DNA of 64,000 nucleotides from a bacterium (GTDB lineage Bacteria > Zhuqueibacterota > Zhuqueibacteria > Residuimicrobiales > Krinioviventaceae), in contig OY843751.1 in the NCBI GenBank assembly GCA_963693055.1, positions 2,624,001-2,688,000 on the forward strand, written 5' to 3'. A program made the translations under genes and the position numbers. Positions 1-10,912 of this stretch are shown here, piece by piece. Position 1 is the first letter of the stretch. Each line of letters opens with the position of its first letter. The notes under the pieces are model-generated. The model was not told the DNA's origin. It saw only the letters and a program-made list of their open reading frames with translations, and ran no database searches.

Positions 1-1059
1 AAAGATTCACAATCACAAATTACCTGTGTTATGTGGAAAAGCAGAAACTATGCACTTGGTTTTGTGCCCGCTGATGGAATGAAGGTACAATTACGAGGGA
101 ATGTACGTGTTTATGAAAAGAGGGGTTCGCTTCAATTAGATGCTGTCAAAATGGTACCTGCAGGAGTTGGCGATCTTCAGTTTGCATTTGAGGCTTTAAA
201 AAACCGCTTGAATGAAGAAGGATTGTTTAGTCCTGAATTTAAAAAAGAATTACCCGCTTTTCCCGATACTGTAGGTATAATAACTTCACCCACCGGTGCA
301 GCGATTCAGGATATCCAAACTGTTCTTCAACGACGTTTTCCCTCTGTCCGTATGGTTTTACGTCCTACAATCGTTCAGGGAGAATCTGCTCCGGATGATA
401 TTGAAACTGCTTTGCATGAAATGAACCAGCAAAAGGATATTGATGTTATTATCCTTGGACGCGGTGGCGGTTCACTTGAAGATCTTTGGGCTTTTAACGA
501 CGAAAAAGTTGCCAGAGCTATCTTTGCCTCTCATATTCCTATTGTATCAGCTGTTGGGCATGAAATAGATTTTACGATCAGTGATTTTGTTGCCGATCTA
601 CGTGCGCCGACTCCCTCGGCTGCCGCAGAACTTGTTGTGCCGGATATCAATGAAATAAAAGATTCATTGAAAGCATTTCAATCATTTTTTCATCAACATG
701 TAAACAGTCTGATAAATATTCATCAAAAGCATATAAAAGCAATTATTTCCAGTTATGGATTCCGCAGACCTACAGATATGCTGCATACATATTATCAGCA
801 TATTGATGAAATTGTGAATGTAATGAGATTTTCAGCATCTAATACGATTAAAAATGTAAAGCAAAATCTTTTATATCAAAAATCCAGATTATCTGATTTA
901 CATCCGGATTCAATTTTAAAACGAGGTTTTAGTATAACTCGCAAAGCGAATGGCACATTAATCAAGCAAGTGAGTGATGTCAAAGATCATGAAGCGTTGG
1001 TTACACAACTTGAAGATGGTTACATCTATTCAAAAACAGAATCAACTAAATCCAATTAA
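1..1059 (+). CDS. xseA: Exodeoxyribonuclease VII large subunit (5' end outside window)
   Basis: Motifs TSPTGAAIQD, RGGGSLEDLWAFN, SAVGHEID, APTPSAAAE; frame is open from base 1 (KDSQSQITCVM...). Confidence 0.96.
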   Translation, partial: KDSQSQITCVMWKSRNYALGFVPADGMKVQLRGNVRVYEKRGSLQLDAVKMVPAGVGDLQFAFEALKNRLNEEGLFSPEFKKELPAFPDTVGIITSPTGAAIQDIQTVLQRRFPSVRMVLRPTIVQGESAPDDIETALHEMNQQKDIDVIILGRGGGSLEDLWAFNDEKVARAIFASHIPIVSAVGHEIDFTISDFVADLRAPTPSAAAELVVPDINEIKDSLKAFQSFFHQHVNSLINIHQKHIKAIISSYGFRRPTDMLHTYYQHIDEIVNVMRFSASNTIKNVKQNLLYQKSRLSDLHPDSILKRGFSITRKANGTLIKQVSDVKDHEALVTQLEDGYIYSKTESTKSN

Positions 1060-1070
1060 CGGGAAACAAT

Positions 1071-1277
1071 ATGGCTAAACAGACGTTTGAAGAAGCAATG
1101 GAACGATTGGATGAAATTGCAGAAATCCTTCAACAGGGCGAAAGCAGCCTGGATGAAACTCTGGAATTGTTTGAAGAGGGAAATCAGCTTGTTAATTTTT
1201 GTGAGCAAAAATTGAAAAAAGCTGAAAGCAAACTTGAGATTTTATCCGGTCAGGATCCAAACAAAACAGATGAATAA
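1071..1277 (+). CDS. xseB: Exodeoxyribonuclease VII small subunit
   Basis: TFEEAMERLDEI...LFEEG...C...L..AE pattern; follows xseA. Confidence 0.95.
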   Translation: MAKQTFEEAMERLDEIAEILQQGESSLDETLELFEEGNQLVNFCEQKLKKAESKLEILSGQDPNKTDE

Positions 1278-1294
1278 TAAAATAATGTGAGATT

Positions 1295-3220
1295 ATGGAA
1301 CCATTATTACCCGGTATTCAATCACCAAACGATATAAAAAATTTTGATATTCCTCAGCTTTCTCAATTGAGTAAGGAAATCAGAGAAACAATCATTTCAA
1401 CCGTATCCAATACGGGTGGTCATCTTGCACCTTCTTTAGGTGTTGTAGAGTTGACATTGGTATTACATCACCTGTTCAATACCCCTGAAGATAAAATAGT
1501 ATGGGATGTAGGGCATCAGGCTTATGCGCATAAATTAATTACAGGTAGATATGATCGTTTCCATACCATTAGACAATATAATGGTTTGTCAGGATTTCCC
1601 AAAATTTCAGAAAGTGAATACGATGCCTTTGGTGTTGGGCATGCCAGTACGGCAATTTCTGCAGCTTATGGAATGGCTTGTGCCAGAGATGTGAATGGAG
1701 ATGATTATAAAGTTATCGCTATTGTTGGTGATGGTGCATTGACCGGTGGTCTCTCTTATGAAGGCCTAAATAACGCCGGTGCAAATTTAAAAGATTTTAT
1801 ACTGATTGTTAATGATAATAGTATGTCAATTTCACCCAATGTAGGTGCATTGTCTCATTATCTTACCAATATTATTTCAAATCCCTTGTACAACCGCCTG
1901 AAAAGCGAAATATGGGATATAACCGGGCGCATGTCAACCATGGGTTCTCATATTCGCCGGGCAGTTAAGAGATTTCAAGATGGATTGAAATCTGTTTTTG
2001 TACCTGGTATGTTGTTTGAACAATTAGGTTTCAGGTATTTTGGTCCGGTTGATGGTCATAATATTGCCAGTATGGTGCGCTTGTTTAATGAGGTTAAAAA
2101 ATTAAATGGACCTATTGTGGTTCATGTTTTAACCAAAAAGGGAAAAGGATTTGCACCTGCTGAAGAAAATGCTTCTGTTTTTCATGGGCTGGGGCGTTTT
2201 GATCCCAAAACCGGTGAAATTTTAAAAAAATCTAATGTCCCAACTTTTACTCAGGTTTTTGGAAAATCATTGGTCAAACTCGCAGAATATGATAAAAGGA
2301 TTGTTTCCATTAGCGGCGCTATGGCAATTGGAACCGGTCTAAGCGAGTTTGCAAAGAAATTCCCTGATCGTTTTTTTGATGTAGGAATTGCTGAAAGTCA
2401 TGCTGTGACTTTTGCAGCAGGTCTAGCAACTCGTAATTTAAAACCTGTTGTTGCAATATATTCCAGTTTTATGCAAAGAGGTTACGACCAAATCATTCAC
2501 GATGTTGCATTGCAGAATCTACCCGTTGTCTTTGCTCTGGACAGGGCTGGTATTGTAGGTGATGATGGTCCTACCCATCATGGTGTATTTGATTTGGCCT
2601 TTTTACGCACGGTGCCTGGGTTGACGATTATGGTTCCAGCAGATGAGGAAGAGCTTCGTCATATGCTCAAGACCTCATTTGAAATTGATGGTCCTGTGGC
2701 TTTACGATATCCACGAGGCGGTGCTGAAGGTGTTGAAATGACAGAGGCATTTGAAGCAATTCCTGTGGGCAAAAGTCAGGTCCTTCAAAATGGAGCTGAT
2801 TTAGCGATAGTCGCGTTAGGCCCCATGGTATATAGAGCACTTGAGGCCGCAGAAATATTGAGAATTGAAGATAAGCTCACTGTTGAGGTCATTAATGCCC
2901 GATTCCTAAAACCCTTTGATTCCGAAATGCTTAAACGTGTTGCTTCAAATTTTAAACTCTTATTGTCCGTTGAAGAGGGGACACTCAAGGGTGGACTGGG
3001 TAGTGAAATTGCCGAGTTTATTTTGGATAATAAATTTAATCATTTGGAATTTATTCGTTGTGGAATTTCTGATGATTTTGTAGAACAGGGAGAGCGGGGC
3101 TTGCTGTTGGAAAAAACAGGACTTGATGCTTCTGGCATTGTTGATACAGTTAGATCTTCTCATTCATATAAATCATTAACTCGTATGCATTTGTTTAAAT
3201 TTCAAAAACATGTGTCATGA
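1295..3220 (+). CDS. dxs: 1-deoxy-D-xylulose-5-phosphate synthase
   Basis: GGHLAPSLG, WDVGHQAY, GDGALTGG (TPP binding), DRAGIVGDDGPTHHG. Confidence 0.97.
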   Translation: MEPLLPGIQSPNDIKNFDIPQLSQLSKEIRETIISTVSNTGGHLAPSLGVVELTLVLHHLFNTPEDKIVWDVGHQAYAHKLITGRYDRFHTIRQYNGLSGFPKISESEYDAFGVGHASTAISAAYGMACARDVNGDDYKVIAIVGDGALTGGLSYEGLNNAGANLKDFILIVNDNSMSISPNVGALSHYLTNIISNPLYNRLKSEIWDITGRMSTMGSHIRRAVKRFQDGLKSVFVPGMLFEQLGFRYFGPVDGHNIASMVRLFNEVKKLNGPIVVHVLTKKGKGFAPAEENASVFHGLGRFDPKTGEILKKSNVPTFTQVFGKSLVKLAEYDKRIVSISGAMAIGTGLSEFAKKFPDRFFDVGIAESHAVTFAAGLATRNLKPVVAIYSSFMQRGYDQIIHDVALQNLPVVFALDRAGIVGDDGPTHHGVFDLAFLRTVPGLTIMVPADEEELRHMLKTSFEIDGPVALRYPRGGAEGVEMTEAFEAIPVGKSQVLQNGADLAIVALGPMVYRALEAAEILRIEDKLTVEVINARFLKPFDSEMLKRVASNFKLLLSVEEGTLKGGLGSEIAEFILDNKFNHLEFIRCGISDDFVEQGERGLLLEKTGLDASGIVDTVRSSHSYKSLTRMHLFKFQKHVS

Positions 3221-4113
3221 TTTTAGGTATTATTGGAAATACAAATAAACCCAAAGTAAAACGGGTTGTTAAAGAATTTACTGATATTCTTGATCAGAAA
3301 CAGATCCAGTATGTTTATGCATCAGATCTTGTTCCGTTTTTATCTCTTGATTCAGATCAAAAAACAGTAGATCTTGATTGTATTGGTAAGGCCTGCGATA
3401 TAGTTGTGGCCTTTGGAGGCGATGGAACTATACTTTCAACCGCCAATATTGTTGGGCATTTTGGAGTTCCCATTCTGGGTGTGAATTCCGGAGGATTGGG
3501 CTTTCTTGCTGAAGTAATGGTTGATGAGATTCATCAAGCTATTGATGATCTTTTAAATAAAAACTATTCTATTATTGATAGGATGCTGCTTAGTGTAACT
3601 ATACATCAGAATGGCAATTCTTTGCAATATACTGCATTAAATGACGTTGTCGTTGACAAGGGATTAGGTCCCCGGTTAATATATGCTGATGTTACTGTTA
3701 ATAATATGTTTTTAAATACATATCGAAGTGATGGATTAATTGTTGCTTCTCCTACCGGTTCTACTGCTTATTCATTGTCAGCAGGCGGCCCGCTGCTTAT
3801 GCCTACTATGAACGCTATTATTGTAACCCCCATTTGTCCACACTCGTTAACTGAAAGACCTATTGTTTTATCAGAACATGCCGAGTTGAATATTTCAATA
3901 AAACCCGGGCAGGATTCTGTACAGGTCAGTCTTGACGGACAAAGTATAGCTAATTTACAAGAAAACGACAGTGTGGAAATTAAAAAGGCTCAATATCCGT
4001 TAAAATGGGTATCTATCGGAAAACGTGATTTTTTCAAGATCCTTCGAACAAAACTAAACTGGGGCGTTGATAATCCCGGAATTAAAAAGAACCTGCAGGA
4101 AAGAGATTCGTGA
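3217..4113 (+). CDS. nadK: NAD kinase
   Basis: GGDGT, LND, DGLIVASPTGSTAYSLSAGGP. Confidence 0.96.
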   Translation: MILGIIGNTNKPKVKRVVKEFTDILDQKQIQYVYASDLVPFLSLDSDQKTVDLDCIGKACDIVVAFGGDGTILSTANIVGHFGVPILGVNSGGLGFLAEVMVDEIHQAIDDLLNKNYSIIDRMLLSVTIHQNGNSLQYTALNDVVVDKGLGPRLIYADVTVNNMFLNTYRSDGLIVASPTGSTAYSLSAGGPLLMPTMNAIIVTPICPHSLTERPIVLSEHAELNISIKPGQDSVQVSLDGQSIANLQENDSVEIKKAQYPLKWVSIGKRDFFKILRTKLNWGVDNPGIKKNLQERDS

Positions 4114-6731
4114 GCGAAAAAAAAGCAACAACACCTTTGATGGAGCAATACCTAAAGATCAAGGCATCACATCCTGATGATATTTTGTTATTTCGAATGG
4201 GTGATTTCTATGAAATGTTTTATGAAGATGCCAAAACAGGTTCAGAGATTTTAGGGATAACCCTTACCGCCAGAGCTCATGGAAAAGCTGCAGATGTTCC
4301 CCTTGCCGGATTTCCACATCATGCGCTTGACAATTATCTTGGCAAGTTTATCAAAGCCGGTCACCGGGTTGCTATTTGTGAGCAAGTTGAAGATCCCAAA
4401 CTTGCTAAAACCATTGTAAAGCGTAAAGTTGTTGAGGTAGTTACCCCCGGTACAGCAATTGCAGATGATTTGCTTGAGACCAAACGTAACAATTACCTGC
4501 TTGGTGTTTTTATTGGTAAAAAGAGCTGCGGACTCGCTTTTGTGGATGTATCCACTGGAGAATTTCAGGTATATGAAACGTTGGAATCTAATCTTGTTGA
4601 GCAAATTTTATCTGTTCAACCTTCAGAATTGATTATTAGTGATGCCCAGATTTCTCGTTTTCATGAGATTTTTCGAAAACCCATGTCATTTACATTGACA
4701 ACCCGTGATGACTGGACCTTTAATTATGATTATTCCTATCAAGCGCTTACTGAACATTTTTCCACCTTGTCATTAAAAGGATTTGGAATTGAATCTTTTA
4801 GTGATGGTATTAGTGCTGCAGGCGCAATTTTAGCCTATTTAAAGGAAAACCAATCAGAAAAACTTGTTCATATAAACAAGATTTCCCGCAAATCAGACAG
4901 TGAATATCTCATTATTGATACTACTACCCGTCGTAATTTAGAACTGGTTTATTCCATGACGCAAGGCGGAAAGCAGGGTACGCTGCTTTCTGTAATTGAT
5001 AAAACCAAAACACCCATGGGTGGCAGGATGCTGGTGAAATGGCTCTTGTTCCCACTTTCAAATATTGACAAAATTCAAAAACGTTTATCTGCCGTGCAGG
5101 AGCTGGTAGATAAAACTGAATTACGCAAAGATATCCGCAATACCCTTGCAGATGCAGGAGATCTGGAACGTAACCTGGCAAAGTTTTCAGCAGGTAGAGC
5201 CAATGGACGTGATGCCAACTCACTATTCGCTACACTCAAAGTAGTACACAAGATTAAAGAGTTGCTTGAATCAGCCGAGTTTGAGCTTTTAAAGCATATT
5301 CGCTCTGGTTTAGATGCCATTCCGGATATTGCTAATGAAATTGAAAAGGCGATTGAAGATAATCCCCCAATGTCTATTACAGATGGTGGAATTATTCGCA
5401 GGGGATACGATAAAGATTTAGATGAATTACGAGAAATTGCATATTCCGGGAAAGATTGGATTGCAAGGCTTCAACAAGAAGAACGTGAAAAGACAGGTAT
5501 ACCCTCACTCAAGGTAAGTTTTAATAAAGTATTTGGTTATTATATTGAAGTTACAAAAGCTAACCTTGCCAAAGTACCTGAATATTATATACGTAAACAG
5601 ACGCTTGTTAATGCAGAGCGATTTATCACCCAGGAGCTCAAGGAATACGAAGAAAAGATTTTGGGTGCTGAAGAGAAAATGTCTTCTATTGAATATAAAC
5701 TTTTTAATCAATTGAGAGAAAAGATTCTGGTCTTTACGCAACAATTTCAGTTAAACGCTCATTTTCTTTCTATTTTAGATTGTATTGCCAATTTTGCACA
5801 AATTGCGTTGGATAATGATTATGTAAAACCGGAAATGAACACCAGCAACAAGATTGAAATCAAAGACAGTCGGCATCCCGTAGTTGAAAAACTGCTTCCA
5901 CCCGGTGAGCAATTTGTTTGTAATGATCTGGTCATTGATAACACTCAAGACCAAATTCTTATTATTACGGGTCCCAATATGGCTGGTAAATCCACATATT
6001 TACGTCAGATTGGTCATATTGTAATTTTGGCGCAAATGGGATGTTTTGTTCCCGCACAAAAAGCAGAGATAGGATTAGTAGACCGCGTTTTTACACGTGT
6101 AGGCGCATCAGATAATTTAGCTGCTGGTGAAAGTACTTTTCTTACAGAAATGAATGAAACTGCCAATATTCTCAACAATGCAACAGCATCCAGTTTAATA
6201 CTTTTAGATGAAATTGGACGTGGGACAAGCACATTTGATGGATTATCAATTGCCTGGTCTGTTGTAGAGTATATACACAATACACCGCAACTTGCTGCAA
6301 AAACAATCTTTGCTACACATTTTCATGAATTGACGGAACTTGAGATTATCCTTTCGCGTGTAACCAATTATAATGTTGCAGTAAAAGAATGGGGGGACCA
6401 TGTGGTATTTTTACGCAAGATTGTTAAAGGTGGTTGCGACCATAGTTATGGAATTCATGTTGCTCAATTGGCAGGTTTACCAGCCAAGGTGATTAACAGA
6501 GCAAAAGAGGTATTAAGTAATTTAGAATCTGAATCGCTTGATCAAACAAATGAACCCAAGCTGGCAAAACACCATGAAATGAAACATACAATTGTAAAAC
6601 AAATGAGTCTTTTTTCTGAACTGGAACAATCTTTGCGTAACGAATTGAAGCAAATTGATCCTAATGAATTGACACCAATTCAGGCATTAAATAAACTTGA
6701 AGCATTACGACAGTTGGTAAATGAATCCTAA
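4110..6731 (+). CDS. mutS: DNA mismatch repair protein MutS
   Basis: TPLMEQY, GDFYEMF, TGPNMAGKSTYLRQ, LLDEIGRGTST. Confidence 0.98.
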   Translation: MSEKKATTPLMEQYLKIKASHPDDILLFRMGDFYEMFYEDAKTGSEILGITLTARAHGKAADVPLAGFPHHALDNYLGKFIKAGHRVAICEQVEDPKLAKTIVKRKVVEVVTPGTAIADDLLETKRNNYLLGVFIGKKSCGLAFVDVSTGEFQVYETLESNLVEQILSVQPSELIISDAQISRFHEIFRKPMSFTLTTRDDWTFNYDYSYQALTEHFSTLSLKGFGIESFSDGISAAGAILAYLKENQSEKLVHINKISRKSDSEYLIIDTTTRRNLELVYSMTQGGKQGTLLSVIDKTKTPMGGRMLVKWLLFPLSNIDKIQKRLSAVQELVDKTELRKDIRNTLADAGDLERNLAKFSAGRANGRDANSLFATLKVVHKIKELLESAEFELLKHIRSGLDAIPDIANEIEKAIEDNPPMSITDGGIIRRGYDKDLDELREIAYSGKDWIARLQQEEREKTGIPSLKVSFNKVFGYYIEVTKANLAKVPEYYIRKQTLVNAERFITQELKEYEEKILGAEEKMSSIEYKLFNQLREKILVFTQQFQLNAHFLSILDCIANFAQIALDNDYVKPEMNTSNKIEIKDSRHPVVEKLLPPGEQFVCNDLVIDNTQDQILIITGPNMAGKSTYLRQIGHIVILAQMGCFVPAQKAEIGLVDRVFTRVGASDNLAAGESTFLTEMNETANILNNATASSLILLDEIGRGTSTFDGLSIAWSVVEYIHNTPQLAAKTIFATHFHELTELEIILSRVTNYNVAVKEWGDHVVFLRKIVKGGCDHSYGIHVAQLAGLPAKVINRAKEVLSNLESESLDQTNEPKLAKHHEMKHTIVKQMSLFSELEQSLRNELKQIDPNELTPIQALNKLEALRQLVNES

Positions 6732-6757
6732 TGTTGAATGAACTGGAAGGCTAGATC

Positions 6758-7750
6758 GTGAAATATAAAATACTGGTTGTTATTAATATATTATTTTTTG
6801 CTGTAATAGACTCGCAAGCTATTGAAATTGCAAAATATGCGGGCGATTTTATCAGTACAGGTGTTGGAGCCAGAGCGTTAGGGATGGGAGGAGCCCATGC
6901 TGCCATATCTGGAGATGTTACCCATGGCTATTGGAATCCTGCTGCACTGACTAAAATTCAATATCCTGAAATTTCTGCCATGCATTCACGCCGTTTTGGA
7001 GGCATAGTAAATTATGATTATCTGGGCTTTGCAGCTCCATTTCGTTCGTCTGAAACATTGGGATTAAATATCGTTCGCCTGGCTGTAGATGACATCCCCA
7101 TACCTGTTTTAACTAGCCCTACGGAAGAGTTGTCCGAAACAAACAGACCCACAATTGACCATTATGTATCTGATGCTGAATATGCAGTTTATTTAAGTTA
7201 TGCCAAGCAACGTACCGCCAAGTTTTCTTATGGTGCCAATGTAAAATTAATCCGCAAAGGGACAGGTGATAACTCGGCAATGGGACTGGGATTTGATATT
7301 GGTGCTTTATGGAACCCAACTGGTAAATTATTACTTGGTGCAAACTTGCAAGATATTACCACAACAATCCTGGCATGGGATACAGGTACAAAAGAATTAA
7401 TTGCTCCTACTTTTAAGCTCGGTGCTTCATACCCACTAAATATTGGATTTGGCAGTAAGTTGCTTGTTGCCTCTGATCTGGATGTGAGAATGGAGGGAAG
7501 AGACTATGCTGCGCAAGTGAATTTTGGTGCTATTAGTGTTGACCCACGTGTTGGCGCTGAACTGCTGGTGAAAAATGTTGCAGCCCTCCGAATTGGTAGA
7601 GATGATATGGGTTCATTTACAGCTGGTGCAGGAATTCGTCTGCCTCGTCTCGATCTTGATTATGCTTTCCTTAGTCACGATGATTTTGATGCCACTCATC
7701 GAGTTTCTTTCAGGTTACGCCTTGAAGAAGACCGGTTTTTTAGAAAATAG
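6758..7750 (+). CDS. PorV/PorQ-like outer-membrane beta-barrel protein
   Basis: Signal peptide; GVGARALGMGGA...YWNPAAL N-terminal motif of PorV/FadL-type barrels; amphipathic beta strands ending LDLDYAF...HRVSF. Confidence 0.8.
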   Translation: MKYKILVVINILFFAVIDSQAIEIAKYAGDFISTGVGARALGMGGAHAAISGDVTHGYWNPAALTKIQYPEISAMHSRRFGGIVNYDYLGFAAPFRSSETLGLNIVRLAVDDIPIPVLTSPTEELSETNRPTIDHYVSDAEYAVYLSYAKQRTAKFSYGANVKLIRKGTGDNSAMGLGFDIGALWNPTGKLLLGANLQDITTTILAWDTGTKELIAPTFKLGASYPLNIGFGSKLLVASDLDVRMEGRDYAAQVNFGAISVDPRVGAELLVKNVAALRIGRDDMGSFTAGAGIRLPRLDLDYAFLSHDDFDATHRVSFRLRLEEDRFFRK

Positions 7751-7819
7751 CAGTATTTTGCATGTTACTGCAAAACCCTTCCATCTTTTCTGAATTTTAT
7801 GTAAATCCAAAAATTTCAG

Positions 7820-7848
7820 TTGACTATGACTGAAAAAAATGTTAATTT
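7820..7848 (+). promoter_or_regulatory. Putative sigma70 promoter of the yicC-gmk-rpoZ operon
   Basis: TTGACT-17 bp-TAATTT, about 55 bp upstream of the yicC start. Confidence 0.5.
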
Positions 7849-7902
7849 ATAAATCCTATTAAAATAGAATGTTAAGATGAATTTTTATTAATTGGTGCTT
7901 GA

Positions 7903-8778
7903 ATGATAAATAGCATGACAGGTTTTGGAAGAGGAATGGAAAACAACGGCGATATGGAGATAACCGTAGAAGTCCGTTCTGTAAATAACCGTTTTCTCGA
8001 TTTGATTGTCAAAACACCTCGATCGTTAACCAATTATGAACAGCAGATACGTGATATTGTTGGTAAATATGTTAAACGTGGAAGAGTCAATGTTTGGATA
8101 GGTATTACCAATGAAGCTGAAAAGTATCAGGAATTGATATTAAATAAACCATTGGTAAGTACATACCTGGATATTGTTAAAGAGTTAAAAGAACTCAATG
8201 TCCCCGGACAAGTTGATATTAACCAATTGTTAACATTACCAGAGATTTTGACTGTAGATTCCGAAAATGATGTTGAAGAAAGTACCTGGCAGTGTGCAAA
8301 ATCTGCTCTAGAGCAAGCACTTGCCGAAATGAACAAGATGCGTGTTGCTGAAGGAAATGAACTCTATAAGGATTTTGTTGCACGTGTTAATCAGCTTGAA
8401 GATGTGATTAATAAAGTACAAGTACTTGCTGAGTCTGCACCTCTTGAGCAAATGGACAAGCTTCGTAACCGCGTAAGAAGACTTGTTCCGGATACAATAG
8501 TAGATGAAGGCAGGCTCGAAATGGAGCTTGCAATAATTGCTGATAGAATAGATATTACCGAAGAATGTGTTCGATTTCATAGTCATAATAAACTCTTTTT
8601 AGAGATGTTAAAAGATGACGAATCACAAGGTCGTAAATTGAACTTTTTGCTACAGGAAATGAATCGTGAAGCCAATACAATTGGCTCTAAAACTTCAAAT
8701 CCGGAAGTTTCGCACCTGGTTGTTCAAATAAAAGATCAGGTTGAAAAAGTCAGAGAACAGATACAAAATATTGAATAG
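7903..8778 (+). CDS. yicC: YicC/YloC family endoribonuclease
   Basis: MINSMTGFGR, RSVNNRFLD, GRKLNFLLQEMNREANTIGSK, REQIQNIE. Confidence 0.95.
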   Translation: MINSMTGFGRGMENNGDMEITVEVRSVNNRFLDLIVKTPRSLTNYEQQIRDIVGKYVKRGRVNVWIGITNEAEKYQELILNKPLVSTYLDIVKELKELNVPGQVDINQLLTLPEILTVDSENDVEESTWQCAKSALEQALAEMNKMRVAEGNELYKDFVARVNQLEDVINKVQVLAESAPLEQMDKLRNRVRRLVPDTIVDEGRLEMELAIIADRIDITEECVRFHSHNKLFLEMLKDDESQGRKLNFLLQEMNREANTIGSKTSNPEVSHLVVQIKDQVEKVREQIQNIE

Positions 8779-9362
8779 TGGCTGGATTGGTGAGTAATAA
8801 TAACGGATGTTTGGTACTGGTATCTTCACCGTCTGGCGGTGGAAAAACCACTATAATAAAAAAAATAATTGAAACAAATACTGATAAATTCAAGTATTCC
8901 ATATCGTTGACGACTCGCAAAAAACGTAACGGCGAAGTTGATGGTAGAGATTACTGGTTTGTTGACGAAGAGACATTTCAGGAAAAGATTAATTCTGATC
9001 AACTCCTGGAACATGAAAATGTTCATGGAAACTATTATGGGACCCCCAAAGGTCCTATTGTGAATTGGATAAACAATGGTAATATTGTTTTTATGGATGT
9101 TGATGTCTTAGGTGCTTTGTCAATTCGTAAAAAGTACCCTAAAGATAGTTTATTGATCTTTTTATCGCCACCAGATTTTAAAACACTTGAAGATCGATTA
9201 ATAGGACGTTCTACTGAGACAATAGAGCAGATTGAAATACGGATGGAACGTGTTAAAAAAGAAATGGAACTTGCAAAGGAATTCGATCATATTATTATAA
9301 ACAATGAAATTGATGAAACCGTTAATAGTGTTTTATCAGTTATTCAAAAAAGAATATCATAA
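8778..9362 (+). CDS. gmk: Guanylate kinase
   Basis: SSPSGGGKTT P-loop, TTRKKRNGEVDGRDY, NYYGT. Confidence 0.96.
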   Translation: MAGLVSNNNGCLVLVSSPSGGGKTTIIKKIIETNTDKFKYSISLTTRKKRNGEVDGRDYWFVDEETFQEKINSDQLLEHENVHGNYYGTPKGPIVNWINNGNIVFMDVDVLGALSIRKKYPKDSLLIFLSPPDFKTLEDRLIGRSTETIEQIEIRMERVKKEMELAKEFDHIIINNEIDETVNSVLSVIQKRIS

Positions 9363-9387
9363 TAATCCAATTTGTTGGAGGAAATAA

Positions 9388-9672
9388 ATGGCTGAAACAT
9401 TACCTTTAGATTCACTTGAAAAACATGCAAAAAATGTATATGAAGCGATTATTCTAATTGCTAAACGCGCACGTCAAATCAATGAACTACAGAAACAGGT
9501 TCTTGATAGTGAGGCTGAAGCTTATTCTCAAGCTGAAGAATACGATGAAGAAGGTATAAATACCGATATTGTAGAACATCAATTTTTGCGTTTGCCCAAA
9601 CCTTCCACAATAGCATTGCAAGAGTTCCTTGAAGGCAAACTTGAAAAAGTAGAAGTTCAAAAAGAAGATTAA
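9388..9672 (+). CDS. rpoZ: RNA polymerase omega subunit (Bacteroidota/Chlorobi type)
   Basis: NVYEAIILIAKRARQIN...PKPSTIALQEFLEGKL; lies between gmk and coaBC. Confidence 0.88.
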   Translation: MAETLPLDSLEKHAKNVYEAIILIAKRARQINELQKQVLDSEAEAYSQAEEYDEEGINTDIVEHQFLRLPKPSTIALQEFLEGKLEKVEVQKED

Positions 9673-9683
9673 TTCGTTTTATC

Positions 9684-10883
9684 ATGTTCTTTGAAAAAAA
9701 TATATTAATTGGCATTTCAGGCGGCATAGCTGTTTATAAAATTGCCGAATTAGTAAGAGCTTTTAAGAAAAACGGAGCAAATGTTCGGATTGTTATGACA
9801 CACTCTGCAACACGTTTTGTGTCTCCGTTAACCTTTGAAACTCTATCAGAACATGATGTGTTGACTGATCTTTTTCCTGAAGGATATAGCAGGCAAACCG
9901 CACATATTGATTGGGCAAGATGGGCAGATATTTTTATTATTGCTCCGGCAACATTAAATACAATTGGTAAAATTGCATCCGGGATTGCGGATAATGCATT
10001 GACCACTACAGTTATGGCTGCAACAATTCCTGTGGTTTTTTGTCCGGCTATGAACAAAGCCATGTATGCAAATTCTTTGTATAAAGAGAATGAACAAAAA
10101 TTACTTGAACATGGTTACTCAATTGTTTCTCCGGGTGTTGGTGAATTGGCTTGCGGTGAGTTGGGTGAAGGCCGTCTTGCTGATGTTCAAAGCATTTTAG
10201 ACACTGCCAGGCTGATACTATTTGGTACAAATGAATTAAAAGGCAAAAAGGTTCTGGTTACTGCCGGTCCTACTGAAGAACCTCTGGATCCGGTTCGTTT
10301 TTTAACTAATCGTTCATCAGGTAAAATGGGTTTTGCCCTGGCAGAGCAAGCCAAAATTCGTGGTGCGGATGTTACATTGGTTTCCGGTCCTACTCAACTT
10401 TTACCTTTTAGTAATATTAATCATGTAACTGTAAGAACGGCTCAGCAAATGCATGATAGTGTATTTAACTTGTTGCCAGAGATGGATGTGCTGATTATGG
10501 CTGCTGCTGTTAGTGATTATCGTCCTGATAATATATCTGCTCAAAAGTTAAAAAAGGCTGATCAAACCCATACAATTGATTTGACATTGAATCCTGATAT
10601 TTTACACAAAGCTGGTCTTTCCAAAGGAAACAGGATTCATGTTGGTTTTTCTGTTGAGACGCAAAACGAGTTGGAGCATTCAATGAACAAGCTTCAACAT
10701 AAAAAATGTGATATTATTGTGATTAATAATCCACTTGAAAAGGATGCCGGTTTTCAGGTTGATACAAATAAAGTAACTATTTTAGATAAAAAAGGGGCAA
10801 AAGAATCATTGCCTGTAATGTCTAAAAATGATGTTGCAAATGTTGTAATAGACAAAATTATACAATTGTTTACAAAATCTTAA
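9684..10883 (+). CDS. coaBC: Phosphopantothenoylcysteine decarboxylase / phosphopantothenate-cysteine ligase
   Basis: [52 protein letters not shown]. Confidence 0.97.
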   Translation: MFFEKNILIGISGGIAVYKIAELVRAFKKNGANVRIVMTHSATRFVSPLTFETLSEHDVLTDLFPEGYSRQTAHIDWARWADIFIIAPATLNTIGKIASGIADNALTTTVMAATIPVVFCPAMNKAMYANSLYKENEQKLLEHGYSIVSPGVGELACGELGEGRLADVQSILDTARLILFGTNELKGKKVLVTAGPTEEPLDPVRFLTNRSSGKMGFALAEQAKIRGADVTLVSGPTQLLPFSNINHVTVRTAQQMHDSVFNLLPEMDVLIMAAAVSDYRPDNISAQKLKKADQTHTIDLTLNPDILHKAGLSKGNRIHVGFSVETQNELEHSMNKLQHKKCDIIVINNPLEKDAGFQVDTNKVTILDKKGAKESLPVMSKNDVANVVIDKIIQLFTKS

Positions 10884-10912
10884 TACTTATTCATTTTGTT
10901 TTTATTATATTT